Assembly (NCBI GenBank): GCA_951406725.2
Contig: OX597825.1
Location: forward strand, 37,882,001-37,946,000
Direction: 5' to 3'
Length of the DNA: 64,000 nt
Source: Octopus vulgaris
Taxonomy: Eukaryota
Part shown: piece after piece, positions 14,803-30,155 of the stretch
How the letters are laid out: each line of letters begins with the position of its first letter
Position numbering within the stretch: position 1 is the stretch's first letter
Program-made: the position numbers and the translations under genes
Notes under the pieces: model-generated
What the model saw: only the letters and a program-made list of their open reading frames with translations
Databases searched by the model: none
What the model was told of the DNA's origin: nothing

Positions 14803-16239
14803 ATACACACACATATGTATGTATATATGTATGTTATATGCGACCGCACCTTTACTAAGTAAGTTATAAAGGCAATCATCAGCCGGGTAATGATTAACGA
14901 TTATACACAAGAGTTATTTATTCCACTAAAATTATCTGCTCATTATCTATCCGATAGATGTCTATCTCACACTGATTTTGACCTGTTTGTAATTAGTAGT
15001 CAATTTTAACAACTATGCATTAATAAATTTATCAAATACTATATATGAGCAAGTAAGTTATTTTCCCATGATAAGCGATCGCACAAGTGCACATACCTAA
15101 ATTCATACATCTATGCAAACATACCTACATCCATGCATACATACAAGCATGCATGAATGCTTACATACATTACTTATTTATACGCGTATACGCACAAACA
15201 CTTTCACACAAATAAATACATACACGCACACAAATACATGCACACATAGTGCATTGATCATAAATTCTCATATATATGTATGAATGCACATATGTATGTA
15301 TATATTGTCATAGTATATAGTTTGCTACGTTATCTTCTCATTTGAAATAATAAGCAGACACAATATAGACGCTGAAACTGTCAACTGTTCATATACTGGT
15401 TCACAGAAGTTGCGTGAATGTCATAGATCATATTTTCTTAATGAAATAGAAATGTCTCAACCAAGTTTTCTGTGGAGTGTGGAAAGAAGAAAATTATCCT
15501 CGTATTAGATATAAATAATGAATTTTAAGTAGAGCAAAACATTTAGTAGTATTATTTTATGTCCATCTTTTCCATTATTAATGCTAGTAACGTTTGCAGA
15601 AGACGCATTTTAAGAGAGGAGTGTAATTAGATTACATTAAGCCAAAAATTTACTAATTTTTTTTATTGTATGAATCTAAGGAATATAAAGATCAAATACG
15701 AACTTGGTGAGATTCAATCCAAAATGTAATCAAATGTAACACTATACTGTAAAATATTATGCCTGGCTATTTGACAAGTCCACAAGCTAACTGTCTTCTT
15801 TAAATTATCATAACTTGTAAGGAAATAATATCAATACTATGCTGAAGGCAGTCAAAGCCCACATGCCTGTATTAATTACAACGATAGATAAGGCACTTGT
15901 CTATGATGCGGACTAACTGAATAAAATGCTTTCATAGTATTCTACGTAGCTATACGATCCTACTGAGATCTTTAGCATCCACACTCGAACCCATTTCACT
16001 CGAAATCTATCAATAAATATTTGTGTTGAATTCAGAAATAAGAAAGAGTAAAAGAATATGTGGAAGAAGACGGATATAAACTTAACACATAAATCACGCA
16101 GAAGAAATATAGCTCATAAAAATATGGACAAATTAATAAGATTATGAGGATATTACTGTAATACATAAATTCTTTTAACTATCTAGCATAAATCTTGGAA
16201 ATGACACATATTGGTAGAGTACATTTTCTTCTATTAGTG

Positions 16240-17290
16240 ACCCCAATTTTGTTTCTTCATTGTATCCAAACAACGAGTTCCGAGGATGAGAACTTTGTTT
16301 CCGCACCAACTTTGTCAGAGAGGGAATGAAGGATATCCCACTCTATCAGACGGCCACACGTTCACAGGGACAGCATTAATCATAAAAGCAATGTGCAGAG
16401 AGGGGTGAAGGCATTTGGGCTTTAAATTAGGGGAAAACAATATTAAAGAAAACCTGAGTGTCACATTATCGACTCAGTCAGTGAATGAATGGTTTCACCC
16501 GGGCAGACGAGTCACAACACATAATCCTGGTTAACACCTGGACTGTGGTCTCAATGCATTAGACAAGATAGTGGAAGAATTTGGATAGAGAAAAGAGTGA
16601 GAATAGTGCGCACGTCAGAGTAGACACTCAATTTGAGTGAGAAAATGTGGAAGTCCGCTCTGATATGCTGGATGCTTCTGAACAACTTTCTTACTGTAAT
16701 CAGTACATCCTTCGGGTATTCATCTGGCATGAGTAGAATTATTATCTTACCTGAACTCTACAGTCAACGAAATATAATGTATGCAACTGCAATAAAGCGG
16801 TACATTTCAACAGAGACAGTACACTGATTATAGACGCAGAAAATCTAGAGCAGTAAGTATACTGCGACGGTTACTGTCATCTTTGTGAAATGCAATTGTA
16901 CTTTCATGGAAGGAAGCATGAGCAAATCCAAAATAATAATGGGATAAAATTGTTAGCTTTCGAAATGGGAAGCGTTGTTTTTGAAACATGTCTGAGAGAA
17001 GAAACAAAATACGGTTTGCTACAACTTGAGAAAGAGTGGGCCATTTTCAACTCCAAAAAAAGCGGGTAAAAGAGAGGGATTCTCTGAATGATTTTCTTGC
17101 GGACTTGGGTGAGGCATCAGTGAGAATAAAGGAGGTCAGTACAGACTTGGGGAAATAATTTTGGTAAAAACATGTATCCTAATGGCAGAGATCATATGAT
17201 AAGACTTGACTCGAATAGCAACTGGTGGACAAATAAATACGCAGTTATGTATTCATTTCTAAACCTGGGCACCGATGCACTTGATCTTGT
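16240..17290 (-). mobile_element. Possible highly decayed Penelope-like element
   Basis: Minus-strand pieces FICPP / LLFESSL...YQNYFPKSVLTSFI resemble the PLE thumb motif (ICS...NGYP..FI). Many stops and frameshifts. Confidence 0.3.
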
Positions 17291-17749
17291 ATATTCTTTA
17301 ATTTCCCAAGTTTATCTTATTATCTCTTACAAGATAAAATATATATTACGCCGAGAGATTTTTGATAAATGTTTTTATAATTTAAATGCTAATAAACAAG
17401 CATGAATATTAAAGTATTTAAAAGGAAACAACTTATAATAAGTTTTAGGTTTCTAAATTGACGAATTTAAATTTGATGGATATAGAAATCTGCTGATACC
17501 CGATAATAGACTTACCAAATATGTGTGAATATCTGTTAAATAAAATCCAACACGAAAGATCAGAGGTCGTTTTGAGTTGTAACTTTCATTTACATATAAT
17601 TTTGACGGTTATGAATAAATTTAAATGATTTTAATAATTAACTTCGGAATTTTCATATGTTGTTGTGTTTTGAAACATACATATAGATTTATGTAGGAAT
17701 GTATATATCTATACATGTGCGTATGTGTATATATATATGTATATAGATA

Positions 17750-17824
<75 letters not shown>

Positions 17825-18369
17825 GCATGTATATCCATACATGTAAACCTACCTACCTACTACCTGTATGTATGAATCTAGACATGTATGCATATATATA
17901 TATATATATATATATACTTACATACATACATATATATATATATATACATATATATAGAGAGAAGTCAATATGCGTAAAGATGTATAAGATAATTTGGTAT
18001 ACGCATACACAAATATATATCAGACACTAATGAACTGGTAGTACCGCATTATAAATTGAACAGGCAACTGAACACAAGAAATACTCAGGCAAACGAAAAC
18101 ACATATCCAAATGTCCAAATATACCTCTACACATGGGGACAGCGATGTGAGAAAAAAAAAACAGAGATGCGTTGGACGACAGAGAGAGTGCATGATTTTT
18201 AAGTCCCATGCTCCCATGGTAATATTTCATTATCTTATGTATGTTGACAATTCCAACCTTAGCCTACATCCATTCATCCATCTTTCTATCCATTCGCCCA
18301 ACCATCCATCCATAAATACATATTTACATACATATCATACTCACAAATACACACACACATGCACACGCA

Positions 18370-18412
<43 letters not shown>

Positions 18413-18689
18413 ATATATATATGTACACCGTTCATATGTATATAAATTACATTGTCGAACAGGACGTTCATCATCTATATACGTGCCACGAGATATAGTG
18501 AAGCAGTTAATTCATGACGAATGATTCAGCGGTCATTCATAACATATAACTGGTTCAAAACAACGAATGTTCCTCTGTGTAGCCATGACAAATACTAAAA
18601 TTTATAATCATATTTCCTTCTAATCACGTCCAACTGCCTTAAAGATATAAAGTAAATACCTGGTAATATAGTTGTTAATATATATGAAC

Positions 18690-19065
18690 AAGTAAGTCTG
18701 CAAGCCATTATAATTGTTAGTACCCCAGGCAAAATACTGCTGAAGTCGACTTTGCCATTCATCTTTTCGGAGTCAATAAATAAATACCATTTGAAAACTG
18801 GAATCGATTTAATCGACTTATTCCCTTCTGCCAAAATTTTAAACTAACATGATATATATAAACAAGTAAAGCAGAAATGTTTGCACGCCAGGCAAAACGG
18901 TTTGCAGTATTTCCTCCATCTTTACGCCGGGAGTTCAAATTCCATCAAAGTCGACTTTACCTTTAATCATTTCAATAAAATAAGTACCAGCTAAACAGAG
19001 GGGTCAATGTAATCGATGTTCGTTCACCCTTGAAATTGCAATAAGTGCGCCAATAATTGAAAACA
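18690..19065 (+). mobile_element. Two head-to-tail copies of a tRNA-derived SINE (GTCGACTTTGCCTTTCATCCTTTCGGGGTCGATAAAATAAGTACCAG family)
   Basis: Both copies match the cleaner copy at 21960-22183. The second has B-box GAGTTCAAATTCC. Confidence 0.75.
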
Positions 19066-21959
19066 TTACATATAAGCAATTCATTGTTCTTTAAAACATT
19101 ACGAGGCCTGGGAGTGAACGACTCTAACAAACCTAGGCAGTAATTGAAGCATGCCGCGAACTAATACATGAAGGCTCTACTCTTCAGAGCGATACTACGT
19201 TATTTTCTATCGAACGTGATCATTGTTATTTCAACGTGCATCTACTGTCTCTGTTTACTTACCATGGTGCGCTGTATTTGATACGAATAAACAGACAAAA
19301 TCGTGTAAAATACCTCTATGAATATACTTACGCATATGCACAAACACACATAAGGATGTATGTGTGTGCGCGCGTGTATGTGTGTGTCTGCGTATGCAAA
19401 CACACACAGACATGCATATATATCTATATATGTGAATCTATATTTATGTCAGTGTGCGCGTGCATGTGAAAAGGCGTGGTGAGTTTGTGTTAGATCTAAA
19501 GGTATCGATTACATATAAGTGTTCGTAAGTTTCATTATACAAATTTTTCCAAATACTTTGAAAACTCAAAATAACTTGTGCAGCCTTGATAGTAAGCAGT
19601 ACATTCCACTTTAATAAATATGAAATACTCCATTACGTTACGAAACGATACGGTATTCCTTATTCTGCTACATTTTATTCTGAGAAAATACAAACATATT
19701 ATTATGGAAGCATACATACACACATACACATTCATATACATGTATATGTACGTACATATACCTATACATACATATATATGTATGTATAGAAATACTTACA
19801 TTTATGTAAGTGTATATCTGTATACAAGCACATATATACATATATGTATATATACATACTCTTGTACATGTGTATGCGTATGTGTATATATATACATACA
19901 TACACACATACACATATACCTACATATATATTCCTACATGCATACATACTTCTTGTTGTGTGCACACACTTTCACAGCCGCATGTATTTCTAATTTAATT
20001 ATAATTTTAATAATTCATCACAAATATAATATTTTGTTATTTGAGGAAAAAAGCAACAGAGGAATGCTACTTATTGTTAAATGTTTTCTAATGTATACCA
20101 TATATGGCTAAATCTCTGACTTTATGTTAGTTTCCCGCGTGGCACACTACAATGAGCGGCTCATGCTTCCACAATAATTCAATATACAAGTTTTAAAATA
20201 TATCAGACGGAATAAGCAATAGAACATAATTGATTTGGATAAATAAAGCATAGCATATTTGTGTATGCCTAACTTGGTGATATACAAATTTAATTACAGA
20301 AACATTATGTAAAACAAAATAAAAATTTGATTTTAAATCGTTTATAAATATTTTGTAATTTATATTCAATGTGTATTTCGATGCTGAGATTTTCTGAAGA
20401 TATTCATTTGTATGGTACATAACTAGAGGTAATTGGCAATTACATATATCCACTGAGTCTCTAGTATTAATTGCATCAGTACTGGATACTCTATTCACAT
20501 TGTTAGGATAAGAACTAAGAATATCAAAGAAAAACCTAACTAGCTCAACAAATTTCCTAACGCTCATTTCCTCAAATTTGGTTCCAAACAGTGTTGAATT
20601 TCTTTTCACCGGAGCACTTTATAAGCACAATTCACAATAATATATTATTAGCATTAATTACTTTAACGTCCGTTGAGAGAAATGATGTTTAAAGCTATAT
20701 ACCGCCAGAATAATTATTTTGTGTCAAACCTCCAGAATGAGAAACCCATCATACCCATGGTCTCAAAGGTATACAAGCAGGATTAGTGTTACAGATAACA
20801 ATGATTTATTTCTATATTTGTTGATGATGTAGTAAGCTTAGAAGTTAAATAAATGCTACATCTAAATCCTTCACGTTTTGCTCTTAAAACTTGAATATAT
20901 GATTAGGAAATTAACTGATCTTATATATGATTAAACAAACTCAAAAATATTGAACCGATACGTAAACAGATTCTCAATATCTTTCTAAGCAGCACGTAAT
21001 TGAGAGGACTGATTTATCAAGTGCATTTTAGACGGATTATGTAATTCCACTGTTATTAAGAAATAATTAACAGAGTTAAACCTGAATAATTTTATTGCTA
21101 AAAGTGTCACAAAATTTATAGCTATCTGTTATAGTAATTCTTACATTATTAAAATGGATTCCCCGTTGCTATCTATTTCAAAGTAAATGATGTTCAACTA
21201 TAATTAAGTAACCAGGTGAATAGCAAAATTAGTGAATAGCAAAATTGTTGGGTAAAATCGCTCTAGATTTTAATTTCAGTGATACATATTTAAAGGAAAT
21301 AATATCCAGTAAATCATTTGTAAACATCAAGAAAATTGTCTTAAGTACAAGCAAGCTATATTTAAATTACTTGTAAAATATGATATGTAACTCGTGTGTT
21401 TAAATATATAATTTTTAGTCGAAAACTGATAGAAAATGCAATTAAGTACATCAAACAACTGATTTCCGCGGTGACGTTGTTCCTGAATGTGAAGTACCTA
21501 ATTCTTGATAGGTTGCTGGAGTAACCATTTGTTAAGTGGGTGATAATTTGGAGATAATATTGCTGCCGATGCTTAGAATATATATCGAGTTTGTTGTTGA
21601 ATATAAATCATATCAATTTGTTAACTAATATGAGGGACAATATTATTGCTCTGGTGATTTGAATTACGTAATGGAAGATACTATATGATGACGTGATATA
21701 TGAGGATGGGATCAAGGGACTGAGGATTCAGGTGATTCAAAGTAAACACACACACACATAATGCAACGTATATTTTATTAATTATTTTTTAATTCGAATT
21801 AGTAAAATACAATTTTATATTGAAAGTACATTGAGGAAATCATCTCTGTATAGGGTTGGAATGTGGCTTTATTTTGTTTGTTACTGTATGACGACAGGTA
21901 ATTGGCGGAAATCGTATTGTGAATAAGCAAAGAATATTACTGGCATGTATCCGACGGAT

Positions 21960-22183
21960 TATTTTCTACTCTAGACACAAGGCCAGAAAATTTTTTTTGA
22001 GGGGGGAGCCAATCGATTATCATACATCGACCCCAGTACACAACGGATACTTAATTTATCGACCCCGAAAGGATAAAAGGCAAAGTCGACCTCGGCGGAA
22101 TTTGAACTCAGAACGTAAAGACAGACGAAATACCACAAAGCATTTCGCCCGTTGTGCTAACGTTTCTTCCAGCTCCTCGCCTT
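21960..22183 (-). mobile_element. tRNA-derived SINE, best copy of this family in the window
   Basis: Minus strand reads GGCGAGGAGCTGGAAGAAACGTTAGCAC...GAGTTCAAATTCCGCCGAGGTCGACTTTGCCTTTTATCCTTTCGGGGTCGATAAATTAAGTATCC. Other copies at 18.7-19.1 and 27.8 kb, with decayed ones at ~15.6 and ~24.7 kb. Confidence 0.85.
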
Positions 22184-25100
22184 AAAAAAAAATCAATGAA
22201 ATATTGACGATAGAATAATAGGGAACAGTTAAAATCATTTCTAATTATGATTCATAGTCGTATGTACTGGTACTGCTGTAAGAGAAGATGTTGCGAATGT
22301 CTAATGTCCATTCATACAAAAGTTTAGGTGCAGAGTGAATGTGTAGAAGTTCTAATCAAAAATATTAGCTAAACATTTGGTAAGAGCTTTGAAAATATTG
22401 CTATTCTCTTAAATATAATTGTATCAAATTACTATGTTTTATAATACGGCTCCATGCAGGATGCCAAGCAGTTGCTATTGAGTAAAGCCCTCTATGCCTC
22501 CATTATTATGCGTGAAAAAAATTTGTTGTTAAGCAGTTACAACATCATCTTGTGTATGCATGTCATGCCCACGGTATCTGTTTTTTGATTCTTTAATGCA
22601 ACTTAAGAAAGAAATAGCCAAATTGAGACAGATGCAATGATAAGTGTGTACGCAAATGAATGTGGGTGAGTTGCATTGTTGAGGCGCTGAGCCCATTAGA
22701 AATTGTGGTTTAGTTTGATGTTCTGCGATGTATAAGTAGAATCGCCTCGGACAGAATTGGATGAATTATTCAACGAAATGTAGGTCCAGTTTTGAGCAGA
22801 CTTGAATTGAACAAATTTCCAAGGATGAAACTGAATACACAAAAGATTTAATCTATCAGATAAAAAAAAAATGTTCGGCATCTCGAAAGCAATCAGAAAT
22901 GTAGCCAAAGAGAAAAAATACGTTCTAAACAAATGAGATCTTGTTAATAGAACATTTATCTTCATTCAGTTAAATAACAGATTGCATTAGCTAGACCTTG
23001 CACAGAATCTTAGAAAATCTAATGTAGATGATGAAGTTAATTTGATTGCCGGGGGTTAGTATGGAGAAATTAAGTGCCATTTCGTCTGCAAGTAACCATC
23101 TAATGAAATCTGTTCGTAGATAAGGAAATGTAATTCTACATACTTCATGAAAAAAATTCAACTAACTGAACCAATGCTTCATGAATATTTATTTCATGAA
23201 GCACATTGTGAAACATTTAGATAACGTGTCGATAATCATATTTCTGGTTCCTATCAGATCCTATTCAAATATTTCTAACGTTGTGTTTTCATTAATAGTC
23301 GCTAGATAATTATCGTAAAACGTTGAAATGTCACATCGTCCTGACCTCTTGTTGAATCTATATAAACGTCATTCAAAAACTTCAGATGAACCTATTGTTA
23401 ACAGCCGCCGATAGATGTTGCCTGAGATTTTGGGAAATATATAAACTAATGATAAAAGCTATTATACGAAAAAATGATGAATAAGCAGATAGATTTTCCA
23501 CAGATAAGAATCTGTTATTTAAAAGAGAAAATTCATATAATAACTTGAATTGGGTTTTTCACAATCTTTATGAAAACATATATCGATTAAATGAACAACA
23601 AATCCTTCGATAAAAGAACAGAAGCATTTTCTGTTTAAGATTGATTTATAGTGTATTGGGGAGCAGTAAGTATTAGATTATATATATTTTTGCTGTTGTT
23701 TGTAATGATACTTTCTTTAGAAAATGTCCTTCCTTTTTCGAAATGCAAGATAGCCAAAATAGTTTATCAATAGAAAAAATGCATTACACTATATGTAATT
23801 TCCTACCATTATGTGTCGAGTTTAAATGTCATCATTGTCATACTTATTTTGCGTGAATATAGTCAAACATGTGAATGAACATTTGCCGGTCGATATACAA
23901 GGACAGCAAAGAGATCTAGCTGCAACAGTCATGAGAAGAAAAACGTTCAGGTAACGCTTTTAAAACAGGCTCTTCCTCAGGAGAATGCGAAATATTAACA
24001 TCGAAAGGCTTTTGGAGCTTGGAGAAACTTTAGCTACATTTGGAGGCCGTCTGTAGTTATTACAGAACCTATGCCCGCTAACAAAAGAAATACAATTATC
24101 ACAAATCATAAGCTGCAGTGTAGCGCTTCTTGGTTATTGGTGGAATGGTTATATTGAGCATACGATTGATAGTTTAAGCTTGCCGCAGCTATACAATATG
24201 TCATATTCAATGCAGATATATAAGAAAATTCAGTCCTATTAACGCTATTACTTGTAAGAATATGTACAATTGTTGGGAAATAGAACGAATTAAACAAATT
24301 TTTAAGATATACACCACGGTCTCATATGAGTGATAAATATTTCCCCCCACTGCCTTCAATGGAACTCGAAAAATTTGTATTCGTACAGGCAATCAACCAA
24401 ACGAAAACATAAATGGAAACAAAAGAATATCCTGTTATATATGAATTTCGTTCAACTAAGCAAAATCTAACGCTTTTTTGCGGAAAAGTGCATAATAGAT
24501 TAAATCTTACCACAAATCTAAAAGGTTTAGAATGAAAGGTTAGAAGTTAATGAAATACTTTGTTGGAGCAGATGAACTCTGTCAATTTACACTCTAGACA
24601 ATCATTATTTATCGAACAACAAAAATTACTTATCGCTAGTTTAGTAATGTTGATTTCTAAAGTTGGCACAAGGTTAAACATTTCATGAAGGGTAATAGTC
24701 GATTAAATTACGCTTGAGCTCGAAATGTATTTCATCGACTCCGGAAAAATGCAAGTTAATATTCCTTTCACTCAAATCTAAGCGGCCGTCAGTAAATCGT
24801 GAAGAAATATTTGAATGAATTTTGTTCGACAAAATAACGAGTAAGCAAATATATTGCGTTTGTTGCTCCTTTATACTGAGAGTTTAAGATCATCATGAAA
24901 ATAATTCGAAGACGAAAGAAACCGTAGGTCACAGGGAAACATTCAACCTCTGTACATCATTTCTCAGGCATCAGCTAACTGCAGAATTTTTACCATATAT
25001 CTTCACGTCATACCCAGATGTTATTCAAAGCACCTTTATTATGGCATTCCTATACCTATTTTGCTGGGACATTCTCCAGACATGTCAATACTCATTAATG

Positions 25101-25241
25101 TTAGGAATTGATAGGGTCGTCATGGATGAGCGTACAATTTTATTTTTCTAAATTGAAAAGTTGCATATTTAACATTCGTACGTTTACAGAATGAATATAG
25201 AGTGCTATTAAAATTAATGCAAATTTTGTTGCTGTGTAATG

Positions 25242-25316
25242 ATCTTATTATTCTAACCTCATAAAATCTTATTATTTCTAACCTTATAAAATCTTATTAT
25301 TTCTAACCTTATAAAA
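25242..25316. repeat. Tandem repeat, 3 x ~25 bp (ATCTTATTATTTCTAACCTTATAAA)
   Basis: Directly visible. Confidence 0.9.
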
Positions 25317-26439
25317 TTGCTGCAAATGCTGCAACTCGACATTTTTCTTCTTTGATTCTACACTTCCCGTTATTTTGTTAATCAGATATTTAAGTTTACC
25401 AAACTTGCTTCTATCTTATTTGTCGTATAATTATTTGGGCATCTTCAGCAGTTATTTCAACTGCACATAATTTTCCAGGTGTTAATCCTTTGTTCCATCA
25501 TATCCAATTAACTGTATATCATCGATACAATGATGTCTACAAACATATCAAGCTATTTCCTTAAACGTTTTTTTTTATTAAATTCAACGTTTCCCTTATT
25601 AAGTGCTGGAATAATAGATTTCAAATTTAGTACGAAAGAATGAATGTCCTGTGTAATTTCAACTCTACTTTTAAACCACATACATCATTAATTCGAAGTA
25701 AAACTAAATTATTGTCATACTATTTTCGTGAATTTATACCACTTTCTCAAAATAAGCCATAAATCCCCATCCAACGTACGTTAATTGCTTTTTTTCTTCA
25801 TGAAGTTTACCTGTTGTAAATATGTTTCTGAACTTCAAAGTAATTCACTATTAGAACTACAATGATATAAAACTGTTTCTCACTTTTTGAAACCACTCAA
25901 TCTATCATGAATTATTGTTGATTTTAATTCTTGCTTTTATATAAGTGGAATATCGTAAACACTTACTTGGAGTGGCTTGCTAGACTAATTGTACTATTGT
26001 TTGCCCACTTTTTAGTGCTTTCATTTTAAGTGAAAACACATTTTATATTTGAAATTCATTTAACCTGTTGACATGCCTATGTCACTAAACACGTTTTAAG
26101 TGTCATATCAAATATTTGTTTATCATTGTTTACTGCTAATAACACAAGTTTTCACAGAATAAAACAGAGTGACATAGAATTTCTTTATTTGACAGCGGGA
26201 AGATATATGACTAACTTGATCTATTACGCTTAGCTTATCAGTTCACTAATCCGTAGTACGGTCTGTTTATAAGTTAATTATTATGTTTCAAAGAAATTAC
26301 AGATGGAAATTTAACACAAACCTCTTGTAAGTGACAGTTTACCCAGTGCAAAGATTTTGGTAAACGGGACAATTTTGTGCAGTTTATTGCAAAAATACTC
26401 CTATAGTTTAGAGCGTCAAACGACTTTGTAATGCAATAT

Positions 26440-26486
<47 letters not shown>

Positions 26487-26489
26487 ATG

Positions 26490-26715
26490 TAACCATGCAA
26501 CCACATTGTGAATCGCTGGCGATTTTTTCCTCCATCTTCCTTCTTCCTTTCCTCTTGGACTTTCTTCTGTCTCCTGTTTCTGCAGAAAAGTTTTGATCGA
26601 AACGTGAAACCACCTTTCTTTCCTTCCCTGAGCGTCGTCTGGTAATACTTTGCATGTACTACGACCTCGCGATGTTGCTTTTTTTCTTGTGTGTATTCTT
26701 CATTGTTTTGGATTT
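26490..26715 (+). mobile_element. Short HHR-containing repeat (copy 1), degenerate hammerhead at 26576-26610
   Basis: GTTT-CTGCAGA-AAAGTTTTGATC-GAAAC-GTG-AAAC with stem I GTTT/AAAC. Context is similar to 57298-57460. Confidence 0.55.
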
Positions 26716-26755
<40 letters not shown>

Positions 26756-26848
26756 TATACACATATATATACATATATACATATGTATATATGCATGTAT
26801 CTATGTATGTATATATATGTATACATATATATATATATATATATATGT

Positions 26849-26886
<38 letters not shown>

Positions 26887-27760
26887 CTGTGTGTGTGCAT
26901 ATATATGTGTGTATGTACGCATGTATGCATACATTGTATATCTATCCCTTTACTATTAGATTTCAGATGTCTAACAACTGATTAACCTGCACTTAAAGAA
27001 ATTTGTAGGTTTACGTGACTGAATATTTTAATAAAATATGTTCTCTTAGCGTAAATGTGTGGCAGTATCAGTGTAGCGTTGCATGTCGAGGCATAATCCA
27101 ACTGATGGACTCTAGTAGATTTTGTCTCTACCTACTTGCACTCACAGGTGTCAACTCGTTGCTTTAGAAAGTGATATTTTTCCAAGTTACCACACAGTGA
27201 AATATGTATGAGCATACACACATGTATACACATACATACATGCACATTCCCACGCGCACACATCTATTAGTATTAATAAAGGTTAATTAATTTGATTTAA
27301 GTAACTTAATAAATAAATGCATTCAACTTTGAGAATTTTACATCGTTATGCTTCTGAGAAATCAATAGATTTTAGTCTTATCCTTATTTTAAGTGAAATG
27401 TTAATTTTCTGATATCGCCCTCTATTAAACAATAGAAACCAGGATAAGTGATATTAGTTTTACAATTATCACCTCATTTTTTACGCGTATAATCATATCA
27501 TAAACGCACTTTATTATCAAAAAAAGCTTCATGTACTTTACACAATACTAAATGAAATACACAGATATTTAAGGAACCAACCACCCTGTAATAATTTGTT
27601 TCAGTACTGCTTGTTCCGTATTGAGATTCTGACTTTGATATCATCGCCATTCACATTTCCAGTAGAAATGAACTAGGCGGCGATCATTGTAATGTCTCTC
27701 AGCCATACATTATTGCCTCGGATATGTAGCTTCAAGGCCACATGATGATTACTATCATTA

Positions 27761-27972
27761 AGGTGATGTACTGGCAGAATAACTAGCACGCCGAGCAAAT
27801 GCATAACGATATTTCCTCAGTCTTTATGTTTTGTGTTTCAATATTGGAAATGTCGGTTTGCCTTTCATCATTTCGGGGTCGATAAAATAAGTACCAGTTG
27901 AGTATTGGGGTAAATGTAACTAAATCACTACTAATTGCACCACTTGCAGGCTTTTCACCAATGCTTGAAACC
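27761..27972 (+). mobile_element. tRNA-derived SINE, same family as 21960-22183
   Basis: CTGGCAGAATAACTAGCACGCCGAGC...TTTGCCTTTCATCATTTCGGGGTCGATAAAATAAGTACCAGTTGAGTA. Confidence 0.8.
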
Positions 27973-28460
27973 AGGGTGATGATTATTTTTCATTGCCTTG
28001 AAGAAATCACTGTAAAACCCCTCATAAGAAAAGTTTAACATGACAGATATGTCCTGCTGCGTGACTTTTTGAGCTCTAATTCTAAAAGTAACATGTGAGC
28101 ACCATAAAAAGCATTCGCTGTTCATTCATCTGCATGACTTTGAAACCTCAAGAGAAATTAAAATTCAAGAAATAAATACAAACTCTATTTTTAATGAATC
28201 GAAATATGTATACTTCAACATTAACATTTCTTAACAAAAACAAGTAATAAGAGCCAAATATATCTTACTTCATGACATATCATCATATATAATGAAAAGC
28301 ACATCGGAATGTACTAATAGACACTTGTATATAGACAGTCATGGTCACTTGTAATAGACAGTCATGGTTAGAATGCTTTCCGTAATACATGTGCCTTTAC
28401 GATTAAGATCATATCATATATTGTTTACACAAATAAGAAATATATTTATACATTCATGTA

Positions 28461-28498
<38 letters not shown>

Positions 28499-29499
28499 CG
28501 AGAACATATATATTTATATCAGAGAGCTAGTAATATAGGTCTTGTAGTTTTAAATCTTGCTTAATATCACTGTTTCTTATTTTTAATACTCAATATAAGT
28601 GAACACCAATATTTAGACGGCGCATTATTTCTCCTTGTTTATTGCATTTCTAGAAGACAAACGTATGGGACAGAATATTAATGAGTTGTAAAAAACATTA
28701 TCTTGTTTGGCAAATTACTGCTGAATACATACCATGCATAGTTTGATTCAAATTAGAATACATTACACCAATTCTTTTTGTTTTAGGCTGACTGGAAATT
28801 CCTATCATTAGTTATTCTATTATTTAAAGGATTATATTTTTATCCAAAAGCATGCCAAATTGGAGCCACGTATTTTAAAGTACTATTGCTATACAAACCG
28901 AACACGCCGCACTGAATGTGATCTGGAAAGCTTGAGTTGGTATCTTATTGTCCTATCGTATCTGTTATCTACCATACAGTAGATTGCTTTGTTTTCTAAA
29001 TATATTATTCTTGAAAATGGCTGAAAATGCTTCTTTCTTAGAGACAGCCAAATTTAGCACGGTAAAAATAACTTGAAGAGAATACAAATTGATTTATCAT
29101 AAAATCTCTTTATTTGATTTAACGAATATCTTCAAACATTGCAGAAAAATGGGATGGTGCTCTTGCCATCGAACTTGACTTCCTAGAAGGAAATTTTTCA
29201 AATAATCAAGTATTTTATAGACGGATCTTTTAGAAATACTTAGCAACATGTTTTACCTAACCTATTTTTCTATCTTTTAATCTCCTTCACTGTATTTATC
29301 TATCTATCTATCTATATATCTATCTATCTATATATCTATATATCTATATACGTTTGTATATATATGCATATACATATATATACATACATACATGTATATA
29401 TATACTTATATATATATACATGTATATAAATTTATGCATATATATATATATACATATATGTGTGTGCGCGTGTGTGTGTGCGTGTGAGTGAGTGTGTAT

Positions 29500-29985
29500 A
29501 CTAACTGAATAGCCCGTCGTTGCCAGGCAATTTTTACAATATAATATCTTATATAAATTCTTAGTTATTCCATGCTATAGCATGCATTCCCCGACAGATA
29601 AGCCTGTTAATCAGGAGAGATTTGTGCAATTTTTCACTAAAATACATCGCTGAGGATTTTATTTCCTTTCTAACGTATTTATGTTTCTATTCGACTGTTT
29701 CACATGACCGTATTCATTAAAACTTCAAAAGTTCTTACAACTTTGGTCGAGGTAATGCTTTGTTTAATGAAAATATTCCTCCTGTGAATGATTTTGCATT
29801 CCTTTCGTGATCAAGTAACAATTTTCTGTAACTTTTAGAGAACAAATAAATAACAAAATTGGATTGATCATAGAAAATTATAACAATATAGCAAATTTTG
29901 AAATTTTTTCGTAATTTTAAATTCTCAGAGTATGTGACAGCGACAGAGAAGACCTTACAAAATTGACAGACAGACAGTTATAGGA
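29500..29985 (+). mobile_element. Possible non-autonomous Helitron/Helentron-like element
   Basis: Begins ACTAACTGAATAGCCCGTCGTTGCCAGGC (resembles ACTAG...CCCG.CG.TGC.CGG starts) and ends in (GACA)n. This layout is recalled from DINE/Lep1-like rolling-circle elements. Confidence 0.4.
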
Positions 29986-30098
29986 CGTCACGCACACATG
30001 AACACACACATACTCCCACACACACACATTTACAAACGTACACGCCGGTAGTCACGAGCTTAAAATGGTGTATAGTAGACATATGTATGTATGTACGC

Positions 30099-30155
<57 letters not shown>

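Noticed and set aside
22440-22830. Possible host exon (GC-richer segment with a GGTGAGT donor-like site)
   Set aside because: No convincing open frame, acceptor site or recognisable protein motif.
25242-28370. Short direct repeats (25242-25316, 28322-28369; also 21216-21246 and 50163-50258) as a CRISPR-like array
   Set aside because: Only 2-3 units each, adjacent or separated only by microsatellite, with no unique spacers, no cas genes and a eukaryotic context.
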